64,000 nt of DNA from Chromatiales bacterium (GTDB lineage: Bacteria; Pseudomonadota; Gammaproteobacteria; SZUA-152): the NCBI GenBank assembly GCA_026982555.1, contig JALSGT010000066.1, positions 1,879 through 65,878 on the forward strand. The letters run 5' to 3'. The position numbers and the translations under genes are program-made. Shown here piece by piece: positions 17,656 through 26,246 of this stretch. Under the pieces are notes generated by a model that worked only from the letters and a program-made list of their open reading frames with translations, was not told the DNA's origin and did not search any database. Numbering within the stretch: position 1 is the first letter of the stretch; every line of letters starts with the position of its first letter.

Positions 17656-18660
17656 GTGTCTCTATCGGTAGGCCATCCATTGCTTGACGCCATCATCAAG
17701 CTCACTGCGCAACGCGACCAGGAAACGCTCGCGGGCGCTCTGGTTGACGCCATTCTTACACTTACCCATACAGACTCCGCCAGTGTTTATGCGCTGGGTG
17801 GTGAACTTGGTCATCTTTCCGCCAAAGTGCTGGCCAGTAATAACGAACCTGTCGGCAGTCACATTACCCCGCTGGATGTACGTCCTGGTTTACGTGCCTG
17901 TATCGAAGGTCACAATACAATCACGGTGGCGACAAAAAATGGGCACCAGATGATTCATCCCGTGCTGGAACAAGGCAACGTGGTGGGTCTGATGATTCGT
18001 GAACATGCGCATGCTTACGATCACCAGGGTGATGTCATTGAAGGTCTGATGTCCATTTATGCCAATCAGCAGTCCTTGTTGAATCATCAGCAACGCGATG
18101 GACTGACCGGCCTGTACAATCGGGTCGCGTTACAAAACTGGATGGGCAAGGCACTTACCACGGATCGTCATGCCGAACGCCGTGCCAGTGACACCGGTAA
18201 CGATACGCCGCTGGGCTGTTTTGCCATGTTCGACATTGACTTGTTCAAACGCATCAATGACACCAAAGGTCACCTATACGGTGATGAGGTATTGTTAATA
18301 TTTGCTGACCTGATGCGCGAATCATTTCGTTATAATGACCTGTTGTTTCGTTACGGTGGTGAAGAATTCGCCGCAGTGCTCAGTGACACCGATCTCGATA
18401 CCGCACTGATGGTGCTGGAACGTTTTCGTGAAACCGTTGCGCAACACAATTTTGCCCAATTGAACCAGGTCACCGTTACCATCGGGGTGACACAAATTAC
18501 CCCGTATCTGCAAGCCGACAAACTTATTGAACGTGCTGACAAAGCGCTGTATTTCGGCAAAAATCATGGCCGCAATCAAGCCAATGCCTTTGAGTGGCTG
18601 GACAAGGGCGATATTGTGCCGACCATTAGTGAACACCCACAAAGCTACAAACTGTTTTGA
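17656..18660 (+). CDS. diguanylate cyclase (GAF-like N-terminal domain + GGDEF)
   Basis: It has RYGGEEFAAVL with the I-site RYND five residues upstream, and LTGLYNR at the start of the domain. The start codon is GTG. Confidence 0.8.
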   Translation: MSLSVGHPLLDAIIKLTAQRDQETLAGALVDAILTLTHTDSASVYALGGELGHLSAKVLASNNEPVGSHITPLDVRPGLRACIEGHNTITVATKNGHQMIHPVLEQGNVVGLMIREHAHAYDHQGDVIEGLMSIYANQQSLLNHQQRDGLTGLYNRVALQNWMGKALTTDRHAERRASDTGNDTPLGCFAMFDIDLFKRINDTKGHLYGDEVLLIFADLMRESFRYNDLLFRYGGEEFAAVLSDTDLDTALMVLERFRETVAQHNFAQLNQVTVTIGVTQITPYLQADKLIERADKALYFGKNHGRNQANAFEWLDKGDIVPTISEHPQSYKLF

Positions 18661-18701
18661 ATAGTTGACCGTCTGTTAGCCGCTCGTTAGTCTTCGCGTC
18701 T

Positions 18702-18902
18702 ATGCGAATCCAACTTAACGGTGAAAACCGCAACATCCCCGACCACAGCAACGCCCAGGATCTGGTCGAACTGCTGAAACTCACTGACAAACGTCTGGCC
18801 ATGGAGGTCAACCGGGAAATCGTGCCGCGTACCACCTTCGCACAACATCAACTGTACGAAGGTGATCAAATTGAAATCGTGCATGCCATCGGTGGTGGTT
18901 AA
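18702..18902 (+). CDS. thiS: sulfur carrier protein ThiS
   Basis: The 66-aa product has a ubiquitin-like pattern, ends in GG (…IEIVHAIGGG) and lies upstream of thiG. Confidence 0.9.
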   Translation: MRIQLNGENRNIPDHSNAQDLVELLKLTDKRLAMEVNREIVPRTTFAQHQLYEGDQIEIVHAIGGG

Positions 18903-19113
18903 ATCTGGATAAAAATGCTCCACCCACCGGTAACCGGCACATCATCCTTCATATACCCGCCAATGGGTATATAATCCGGGGTCAATTGGTTGACCACTTC
19001 GAGGTAAGGCTAAGTACAAGATAATCAACGAATTCAGCTAATTAATCTCAAAAATAGATAGTCACCACTTCAATATTACGGCGCACCGCGCCACACGCAT
19101 TGGTATTACAACT

Positions 19114-19914
19114 ATGTCAGAAAACGCAAATTTACGGGATGACAGTTTCGTTGTCGCGGGCACCACCTATCACTCCCGCCTGCTGGTCGGCAGCGGCAAA
19201 TACAAAGATCTCGACGAAACCCGACAGGCCACCGACGCCAGTGGTGCCGAAATTATTACCGTCGCTATCCGCCGCACCAACATTGGCCAGCACCCCGGCG
19301 AACCCAATCTGCTGGATGTAGTGCCACCCAGCCAGTACACCATTCTCCCCAACACCGCCGGTTGCTATACCGCCGAGGATGCCGTGCGCACCTGCCGTCT
19401 CGCACGCGAACTGCTGGATGGACACAAACTGGTCAAACTGGAAGTGCTGGGTGATGAGAAAACCCTGTACCCGGATGTCACCGCCACCCTTGAAGCAGCA
19501 GATACCCTGGTAAAAGAAGGTTTTGACGTGATGGTTTATACCAGTGATGACCCCATTCTTGCCAGGCGCCTGGAAGATATCGGCTGCTGTGCCGTCATGC
19601 CGCTGGCCGCACCCATCGGTTCCGGTTTGGGCATTCAGAATAAATACAATTTACGCACTATTATTGAAAATGCCAGTGTGCCCATTTTAGTGGATGCTGG
19701 TGTCGGCACCGCCTCGGATGCGGCCATTGCCATGGAACTGGGCTGTGACGGTGTATTGATGAACACCGCCATTGCCGGTGCGCAAAACCCTGTGCTCATG
19801 GCTTCGGCGATGAAAAAAGCGATTGAAGCCGGGCGCGAAGCCTTCCTTGCCGGGCGCATCCCACGCAAACGTTATGCTTCGGCTTCATCTCCGCTGGATG
19901 GTACTTTTTTCTAA
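19114..19914 (+). CDS. thiG: thiazole synthase ThiG
   Basis: The product is highly conserved ThiG sequence ([10 protein letters not shown]..., [61 protein letters not shown]). Confidence 0.95.
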   Translation: MSENANLRDDSFVVAGTTYHSRLLVGSGKYKDLDETRQATDASGAEIITVAIRRTNIGQHPGEPNLLDVVPPSQYTILPNTAGCYTAEDAVRTCRLARELLDGHKLVKLEVLGDEKTLYPDVTATLEAADTLVKEGFDVMVYTSDDPILARRLEDIGCCAVMPLAAPIGSGLGIQNKYNLRTIIENASVPILVDAGVGTASDAAIAMELGCDGVLMNTAIAGAQNPVLMASAMKKAIEAGREAFLAGRIPRKRYASASSPLDGTFF

Positions 19915-19934
19915 ACCTTCTTTACTTAACATCT

Positions 19935-20080
19935 AACGCAAGGGCGCGAAGATGCAGAAAACACAACACTTTAACTAAGAAAAAGCCTTCTTCAAACCCG
20001 GAAAACACAGAACACTACCACTCATGGCAGCTGTCCACTCATTTTTCTCTGCGCCCCTTGCATCTTCACGCCTTTGCGTT
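19935..20080. repeat. 146-bp element bounded by 22-bp terminal inverted repeats (MITE-like or long-stem RNA)
   Basis: The left arm at 19935-19956, aacgcaagggcgcgaagatgca, matches the reverse complement of 20059-20080 at 20 of 22 positions. The internal 102 nt carry short direct repeats (gaaaacaca-acact twice, ccactcat twice). Confidence 0.5.
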
Positions 20081-20111
20081 GAAAACTTTTTTCTGGGCCG
20101 CCGAAAAGCCA

Positions 20112-20852
20112 ATGTCTGAAGATGCACATCGCCCCATCCGCAGTTTTGTCCGTCGCGAAGGTCGCCTGACCTCCGGCCAGCAATACGCGCTTGATGCGCT
20201 GTGGTCACGCTATGGCATCGACAGTGCCGGACCCAATATTCTGGAACCCGAACGCATTGCCCGCAATGAACCCATACTAAAACTGGATGACTGTTTCAAC
20301 CGCGAGCCTAACGCCAACCGGCAGACAGTACTGGAAATCGGCTTTGGCAATGGCAGCTCACTGGCCGAAATGGCCGCCATTCTGCCGGATCACGATTATC
20401 TCGGTATTGAAGTACACCGCCCCGGCGTGGGCAATCTGTTGCGTTTGTTAGAAGAACACAAGCTACGTAATGTACGGGTACTCTGCGACGACGCTGTGCA
20501 AATTCTCAGGCACCGCCTGCCCAATGCCTGCCTCGACCGAGTGCAGCTGTTTTTCCCCGACCCCTGGCATAAACGACGTCACCACAAACGGCGCATTGTC
20601 AGCCCGGAATTCGCGGCACTCATCGCCACAAAACTCCGGCCCGGCGGCGTATTTCATCTGGCCACTGACTGGCAACACTATGCCCGACAAATGATGAACG
20701 TACTTGAAGCTGCCCCCGATTATCAAAATTGCGCCAATATTGGTGAATATTCACCCCGCCCGGACTGGCGTCCACTGACCAAATTTGAACAACGCGGCCA
20801 ACGCCTCGGCCATGGCGTCTGGGATTTACTCTTTGAACGAATATACCCGTAG
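20112..20852 (+). CDS. trmB: tRNA (guanine46-N7)-methyltransferase TrmB
   Basis: Signatures are LEIGFGNGSSL, GIEVHRPGV and FFPDPWHKRRHHKRR. I set the start at MSEDAHRPIRSF (20112) rather than 20058. The thiS-thiG-trmB order is common in gammaproteobacteria. Confidence 0.9.
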   Translation: MSEDAHRPIRSFVRREGRLTSGQQYALDALWSRYGIDSAGPNILEPERIARNEPILKLDDCFNREPNANRQTVLEIGFGNGSSLAEMAAILPDHDYLGIEVHRPGVGNLLRLLEEHKLRNVRVLCDDAVQILRHRLPNACLDRVQLFFPDPWHKRRHHKRRIVSPEFAALIATKLRPGGVFHLATDWQHYARQMMNVLEAAPDYQNCANIGEYSPRPDWRPLTKFEQRGQRLGHGVWDLLFERIYP

Positions 20853-21058
20853 CGCCTGAGATTCAGGTGTTCATTGTCCTGGTTAATTCCCCTATTCGTG
20901 GCTTCAATTGGGGGGCAGTTCTAAATCAGTGTATTATAATTTGGTTTTTTTCGAGCCCCATTCCGTGCATAAGGAAGATATGAGGAAAGGTATCGTGGCA
21001 TGTAAAAAAATACCGTTATCAAACCATCCACTACGCTGATTTCTGGAGAAGAAACCCG

Positions 21059-23029
21059 GTGAGCGATTCCGACAAACCGATGTTTAACCCTGTTTTACTA
21101 AAACGGCTCGTTGCCGCCGCGCTATTTGCCCTTCTCGGCCTGTATCTGGCCAGTGTGGTACCCAGTATCGAGATAGCCTGGGTTACCACTATTTTACTGC
21201 TGACGATTTATTTGTTTGCTTTTGAAATTGTGGGCGTCGATGTCGCCGCAGTGAGCATTATGGTGATCCTTGGACTGACCACCCTGCTGGCACCGTTGAT
21301 GGGATTAGACGAGGGATTGGTGGACACCCAATATCTGTTCAATGGCTTTTCCAGCAACGCGGTGATGTCAATTATTGCTGTGATGATTCTCGGTGCCGGT
21401 CTGGATAAAACCGGATTGATGAGTCAAGTGGCCGCCTTTATTCTCAAAATCGGTGGCAGCAGTGAAAAACGTATTATTCCCATTATTTCCAGCACTGTCG
21501 GGGTAATTTCCTCGTTTATGCAAAACGTCGGTGCGGCAGCACTTTTCCTGCCCGTAGTATCACGCATTTCAGCACGCTCCGGCCTGCCTATGTCACGCCT
21601 GCTGATGCCCATGGGCTTTTGCGCCATTCTTGGCGGTACCGTCACCATGGTGGGCTCCAGTCCATTGATTTTACTCAATGACCTGATCCTCACCTCCAAT
21701 ACCGCACTGCCTGCCACACAGCAAATGGAAACCTGGTCATTATTTTCAGTGACGCCTATCGGCCTCGCACTGGTCGTCACCGGTATTGTCTACTTCATGT
21801 TAGCCGGGCGTTTTGTGTTACCGGTAACAGAAAAACAGGATGTCGGCTCAGCCACCAGCACCATGGCTTACTTTCAAAATATCTACGGCCTGGATTATGC
21901 GCTGTTTGAAGTCTCTGTACCGCCAGAAAGCCCGCTGGTAGGGCACATGCTCGATGATGTGGAGCATGCCTGTAAAATCCGTGTTATCGCCTCGCAACGC
22001 GGTGCCGATAATCTGCGGATCGGCCCCGGTGGACTGGCGCGCGATGTCGGCATCGAGGCCAACAGCGTGCTGGGTATTCTTGCCTCTCCGGAAAACCTCA
22101 ACGCCTTCGTAGAAAAATTCAATCTGGACCTACACAGTGATCTGCTGACATTTTCCGAATCCCTTGCCGCCAACAAAGCAGGCATCGGTGAAGTGGTTAT
22201 CCCACCCGGTTCGGGTCTCATCGGTAAAAGCGCGCGTGATGTATGGATGCGCAAAACTTATGGCATCGCCATGGTAGCCCTGCATCGCAACGGCGAGACC
22301 TTGCGTGAGGGCGAAGGTATCCGTGACCTGCCACTACAGGCAGGCGATACACTGGTGGTACACACCACCTGGGACGCATTTGCACGTTTGCGTCACAACA
22401 AAGACTTTGTATTGGTAACCACAGAATACCCACACGAAGAAATACGCCCAAACAAGGTAGGGGTAGCACTGTTTTTCTTCGCTCTGGCACTGACGCTAGT
22501 ATTATTCACGGACCTACGTTTATCCGTCGCATTGCTCACCGGTGCCATCGGCATGATCCTCTCCGGCGTGTTAAAAATCGAAGAGGCATACACCGCAGTA
22601 TCGTGGAAGACGGTGTTTCTCCTCGCCAGCTTGATTCCATTGGGACTGGCCGTGGAAACAACGGGAACCGCCAAATGGATTGCCGAGCAGACACTGTCCG
22701 TGGTGGGCGATATGCCGATATGGGTCATTCAGGGTGCAGTAGCCTTGTTAGCCACCTTCTTTACGTTAGTCATGTCTAACGTAGGAGCCACCGTATTGCT
22801 GGTACCACTGGCGGTAAACATTGCCATTGGCGTAGGTGCAGACCCGGCAGTGTTTGCACTGACTGTCGCCATTGCCACTTCCAACTCGTTCCTGATTCCC
22901 ACTCACCAGGTAAATGCACTGATCATGGGGCCGGCCGGTTACCGGGTATCTGATTTTATGAAGGCGGGCGGCATTATGACGATTCTTTTTCTGGTCGTAA
23001 TGATGGTGGTAATGAATATTATCTTTTAG
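21059..23029 (+). CDS. SLC13/DASS-family permease with central tandem TrkA-C domains
   Basis: Two polytopic halves flank a ~200-aa soluble region with a TrkA-C-like pattern (…VSVPPESPLVGHML…, …GEVVIPPGSGLIGKSARD…GDTLVVHT). The start codon is GTG. Confidence 0.82.
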   Translation: MSDSDKPMFNPVLLKRLVAAALFALLGLYLASVVPSIEIAWVTTILLLTIYLFAFEIVGVDVAAVSIMVILGLTTLLAPLMGLDEGLVDTQYLFNGFSSNAVMSIIAVMILGAGLDKTGLMSQVAAFILKIGGSSEKRIIPIISSTVGVISSFMQNVGAAALFLPVVSRISARSGLPMSRLLMPMGFCAILGGTVTMVGSSPLILLNDLILTSNTALPATQQMETWSLFSVTPIGLALVVTGIVYFMLAGRFVLPVTEKQDVGSATSTMAYFQNIYGLDYALFEVSVPPESPLVGHMLDDVEHACKIRVIASQRGADNLRIGPGGLARDVGIEANSVLGILASPENLNAFVEKFNLDLHSDLLTFSESLAANKAGIGEVVIPPGSGLIGKSARDVWMRKTYGIAMVALHRNGETLREGEGIRDLPLQAGDTLVVHTTWDAFARLRHNKDFVLVTTEYPHEEIRPNKVGVALFFFALALTLVLFTDLRLSVALLTGAIGMILSGVLKIEEAYTAVSWKTVFLLASLIPLGLAVETTGTAKWIAEQTLSVVGDMPIWVIQGAVALLATFFTLVMSNVGATVLLVPLAVNIAIGVGADPAVFALTVAIATSNSFLIPTHQVNALIMGPAGYRVSDFMKAGGIMTILFLVVMMVVMNIIF

Positions 23030-23155
23030 ATCTTAAACGTATGTAACATCGTTAAATACTCAACATTAAACCTAAACTCCACCGCTGACCAGCTATTCAA
23101 CGGCAGGTTTCAGATCAAATAGACAGGTACTGGAACACTAAAAAGGGCTCTGCTT

Positions 23156-24553
23156 GTGCGCAAATTTCTGTTGGTAATCGTGGTCACCGTGTTGCCAGAA
23201 TTTGCAGCAGCATCCTCAACAGACAGTAAAACACTGGACCTGACCAATCACTTTGTAGGCTATGCCTCTATCGCTGTTTTTGTATTGGCCTACCTGTTTG
23301 TGATGGCCGAAGAATTCACCCAACTACGTAAGTCCAAACCCGTGATCCTCGCCGCCGGCATTATCTGGGCGATGATTGCCGCCGTTTACGTCAGCAATGG
23401 CATGACCCACGAAGCTGAGGCAGCAGTACGTTATAATCTGCTGGAATATGCCGAATTGATGTTGTTCCTGCTGGTCGCCATGACCTACGTCAACACTATG
23501 GAAGAACGCCGGGTGTTCGATGCCTTACGTTCCTGGCTGATTCGCAAGGGCTTCAGTTTTCGCCAATTGTTCTGGCTCACCGGCACCCTTGCTTTCTTTA
23601 TTTCACCCGTGGCAGACAATCTCACCACCGCTCTGCTAATGTGTGCCGTGGTACTGGCAGTGGGCGGCGACAATACCCGCTTTGTCAGTATCGCCTGCAT
23701 TAACATTGTGGTTGCTGCCAATGCCGGTGGTGCTTTCAGCCCTTTCGGCGATATCACAACCCTCATGGTGTGGCAAAAAGGCATGGTGGAATTCTGGGGC
23801 TTCTTCGCACTATTTCTACCCTCTATGATCAATTTCCTGCTGCCAGCAGCCATCATGCATTTTGCCATTCCTGTTGAACAGCCCACCGCCAGCAATGAAA
23901 GGGTATCCATGAAACGTGGGGCGCGGCGCATCATCGGCCTGTTCCTGCTGACCATCGCCACCGCCGTCAGCTTCCATAACTTTCTACATCTGCCGCCAGT
24001 AATCGGCATGCTCACGGGCCTGAGCTATTTACAGTTATTTGGTTATTTTCTGAAAAAAACTGCGCATTTCGACGAGAGCAGCAACAATAACGCTCGCATG
24101 GGTGAGGTAGTGCCTTTCGATGTCTTCAACAAAGTGGCGCGCGCCGAATGGGACACCTTGTTATTTTTTTACGGCGTGGTGTTGTGCGTGGGCGGGCTGG
24201 GATTTATCGGCTATCTATCGCTCACCTCGGAAATGATGTACACCCAGTGGGGTGCAACCAATGCCAATATTGCCGTCGGTGTATTGTCGGCCATCATCGA
24301 TAATATCCCGGTGATGTTTGCTGTACTCACCATGAATCCAGACATGTCCACTGGCCAGTGGTTACTGGTGACCTTGACTGCTGGCGTCGGTGGCAGTTTG
24401 CTGTCCATCGGCTCAGCCGCCGGAGTGGCCCTGATGGGTCAGGCACGCGGCCAATATACCTTTTTTTCCCACCTCAAATGGGCACCTGTCATCGCCTTGG
24501 GTTATATCGCCAGCATTGGCGTACATATGTGGATCAATGCCGATTTGTTTTAA
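23156..24553 (+). CDS. nhaD: Na+/H+ antiporter NhaD
   Basis: It has NhaD-family blocks (FFISPVADNLTTALLM, AANAGGAFSPFGDITTLMVW, IIDNIPVMFAVL) and an N-terminal signal sequence. The start codon is GTG. Confidence 0.82.
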   Translation: MRKFLLVIVVTVLPEFAAASSTDSKTLDLTNHFVGYASIAVFVLAYLFVMAEEFTQLRKSKPVILAAGIIWAMIAAVYVSNGMTHEAEAAVRYNLLEYAELMLFLLVAMTYVNTMEERRVFDALRSWLIRKGFSFRQLFWLTGTLAFFISPVADNLTTALLMCAVVLAVGGDNTRFVSIACINIVVAANAGGAFSPFGDITTLMVWQKGMVEFWGFFALFLPSMINFLLPAAIMHFAIPVEQPTASNERVSMKRGARRIIGLFLLTIATAVSFHNFLHLPPVIGMLTGLSYLQLFGYFLKKTAHFDESSNNNARMGEVVPFDVFNKVARAEWDTLLFFYGVVLCVGGLGFIGYLSLTSEMMYTQWGATNANIAVGVLSAIIDNIPVMFAVLTMNPDMSTGQWLLVTLTAGVGGSLLSIGSAAGVALMGQARGQYTFFSHLKWAPVIALGYIASIGVHMWINADLF

Positions 24554-24564
24554 TGATATCAAAA

Positions 24565-24596
24565 CGGGTATAGCACGTTGCCTTTTGTGTCTTGCC
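24565..24596 (+). repeat. truncated copy of an intergenic repeat family (left block only)
   Basis: cgggtatagcacgttgccttttgtg matches the 25-nt left block of the copies at 51665 and 4658 (reverse complement) at 23 of 25 positions. Confidence 0.7.
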
Positions 24597-24611
24597 GCAG
24601 CAAGCAGACAC
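24587..24611 (+). terminator. hairpin between the convergent nhaD and chpC genes
   Basis: gtgtcttgc-cgca-gcaagcagacac forms an imperfect stem, followed by cgaaatattattttattttt. Confidence 0.4.
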
Positions 24612-24618
24612 CGAAATA

Positions 24619-25098
24619 TTATTTTATTTTTCTGATCTCTGTTGCCAGTAATGCTTCAACTTTATTGAGATCAGGAATTACCACTGTGATATCAGCAAGT
24701 TGAGCTTGCTCGCTGGCCAGCAGAAGTTTTTGTTCGGGTGTTTCGATCACACTGATAGTGGATTTATCCAGCCTTGTGAGCCTGGGAATACCCTGTGACA
24801 CCATACCGTAAAAAGGCAATTTATCATTACCACTAATGCCATTGAGTATTGTGGCGCGCACATTGTGCATTGGCATATTGCTGGCAATATTATTGGCTGC
24901 TTCAAAAGAAATGACCGGAATACGTACACCGCGCCAATTCATCATGCCCAAAAACCATCGAGGTGTCTTTTTCACCGGATTCAATTCACTCAGGCTGATA
25001 ACTTCCGCAATGCAGGTATTCGGCAATACGATGGTCATATTCGAAAGCGGAATCAGCTGGGCACGAATAACACTGCTTTTTTCATCTGTCTGCGTCAT
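24619..25098 (-). CDS. chpC: CheW-like coupling protein ChpC
   Basis: It is a single CheW-like domain (…FLGMMNWRGVRIPVISF…) and the last gene of the pilGHIJK-chpABC order. Confidence 0.75.
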   Translation of the reverse strand: MTQTDEKSSVIRAQLIPLSNMTIVLPNTCIAEVISLSELNPVKKTPRWFLGMMNWRGVRIPVISFEAANNIASNMPMHNVRATILNGISGNDKLPFYGMVSQGIPRLTRLDKSTISVIETPEQKLLLASEQAQLADITVVIPDLNKVEALLATEIRKIK

Positions 25099-25133
25099 GC
25101 TCTTATTCTCTGGTCGCGAAAAATTTGAATCTG

Positions 25134-26231
25134 TTAATCACAGTAATACTGGTAAAGCCTTTCTGCCAGGGCTTGTGGATTAGCACTAAAAGTTACCGTA
25201 TTGGTTTTACGTGCCTGGTCTGGCATGCTGCTGATCACACAGCTATCGACATCTTGTGCCCAAACAATACCACCATGCCGTGCCATCGCTTCACAGCCAC
25301 GCGCCCCATCATCACCCATACCGCTAAACACAATAGTACCCGCCATGTTGCCATAGTGACTGGCTACCGCACCCATAACATTGTCGATGCTGGGGGAGTA
25401 AATGGCATTTTCCATCGCAGGCGTAAGAGAAAGATAACCATCTTCGGTAATTTTTATATCTTTATCAGCCGGTGTAAGAATCACTTCATGATGTCGGATC
25501 AGGTGTCCGGCCTGACCCGCCAAAACAACAAAAGGTGTGACCCGGTTGAGCTGCTCTGCCAACAAAGAAATATGATTAGCGCCAATATGCTGGGCCAGAA
25601 TAAACGCGACGGGTAAATCTTCTTCAACCGCCGCAAGAAACTGGCGTACCGCCTGCGGCCCGCCTAACGAAGCACCAAGTACCCAAATATTAACAGCCGC
25701 ACCTTTAGGCTTTTCAATGGGAATGGTGACGACATCAGAAGCCGTTGATTCCTCGATGACCGGTTCAATGCTCACGGCTTCAACGTCCATTATGACATCA
25801 ACAGGGGCCGTTGATTTATACGTTTGCAGGGTATCCAGTGTCCCTTCTGTCATTTCCGGTTTACCGACAGGTTCAATCACAGGTTCATGGCGTGTCGCAA
25901 TATCCGATAATTTACGTGCAAGTTTTTTGGCCCACAGCGCATTGGCACCACCACCAGCGGGACTGCTGTCATTAAAAAAAATGGGCAGTGCATCGTAATC
26001 AAGAAGAGTATCTATCACATCGGTTTCAGCACCATTTTCCTCACTCAAATCGACCAATAATACATCTGGTGATGCATTTTCCAGTTGAGCTAAAAATCCG
26101 TCGCCAGGCAACTCATGCGCGACAACATTCAAACCCGCATCTTTCAACAATGCTGCAAGCCGTTGCTGTGTTTTTTCCGAGGTGGCAAGAATCGCAACCC
26201 GGGTGGCTGAATGATTCATGGCATCAGACAT
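25134..26231 (-). CDS. chpB: CheB-type protein-glutamate methylesterase ChpB (receiver + methylesterase)
   Basis: The N-terminus is receiver-like (VLLVDLSE). The C-terminus is a CheB domain (VLGASLGGPQAV…, AQHIGANHISLL, FSGMGDDGARG). Confidence 0.85.
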   Translation of the reverse strand: MSDAMNHSATRVAILATSEKTQQRLAALLKDAGLNVVAHELPGDGFLAQLENASPDVLLVDLSEENGAETDVIDTLLDYDALPIFFNDSSPAGGGANALWAKKLARKLSDIATRHEPVIEPVGKPEMTEGTLDTLQTYKSTAPVDVIMDVEAVSIEPVIEESTASDVVTIPIEKPKGAAVNIWVLGASLGGPQAVRQFLAAVEEDLPVAFILAQHIGANHISLLAEQLNRVTPFVVLAGQAGHLIRHHEVILTPADKDIKITEDGYLSLTPAMENAIYSPSIDNVMGAVASHYGNMAGTIVFSGMGDDGARGCEAMARHGGIVWAQDVDSCVISSMPDQARKTNTVTFSANPQALAERLYQYYCD

Positions 26232-26246
26232 TGAAACAAGTCACTC

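Noticed and set aside
18661-18701. Looked for a TPP (THI-box) riboswitch upstream of thiS
   Set aside because: Only 41 nt separate the preceding GGDEF gene from thiS, and the conserved CUGAGA/ACCUGA core is absent.
20980-21039. Possible 19-codon upstream ORF (MRKGIVACKKIPLSNHPLR) with AAGGAAG just before it, ahead of the SLC13 transporter gene
   Set aside because: It is too short to support from sequence alone, the SD-ATG spacing is tight (3 nt), and conservation cannot be tested here. I mention it only as something ribosome profiling could test.
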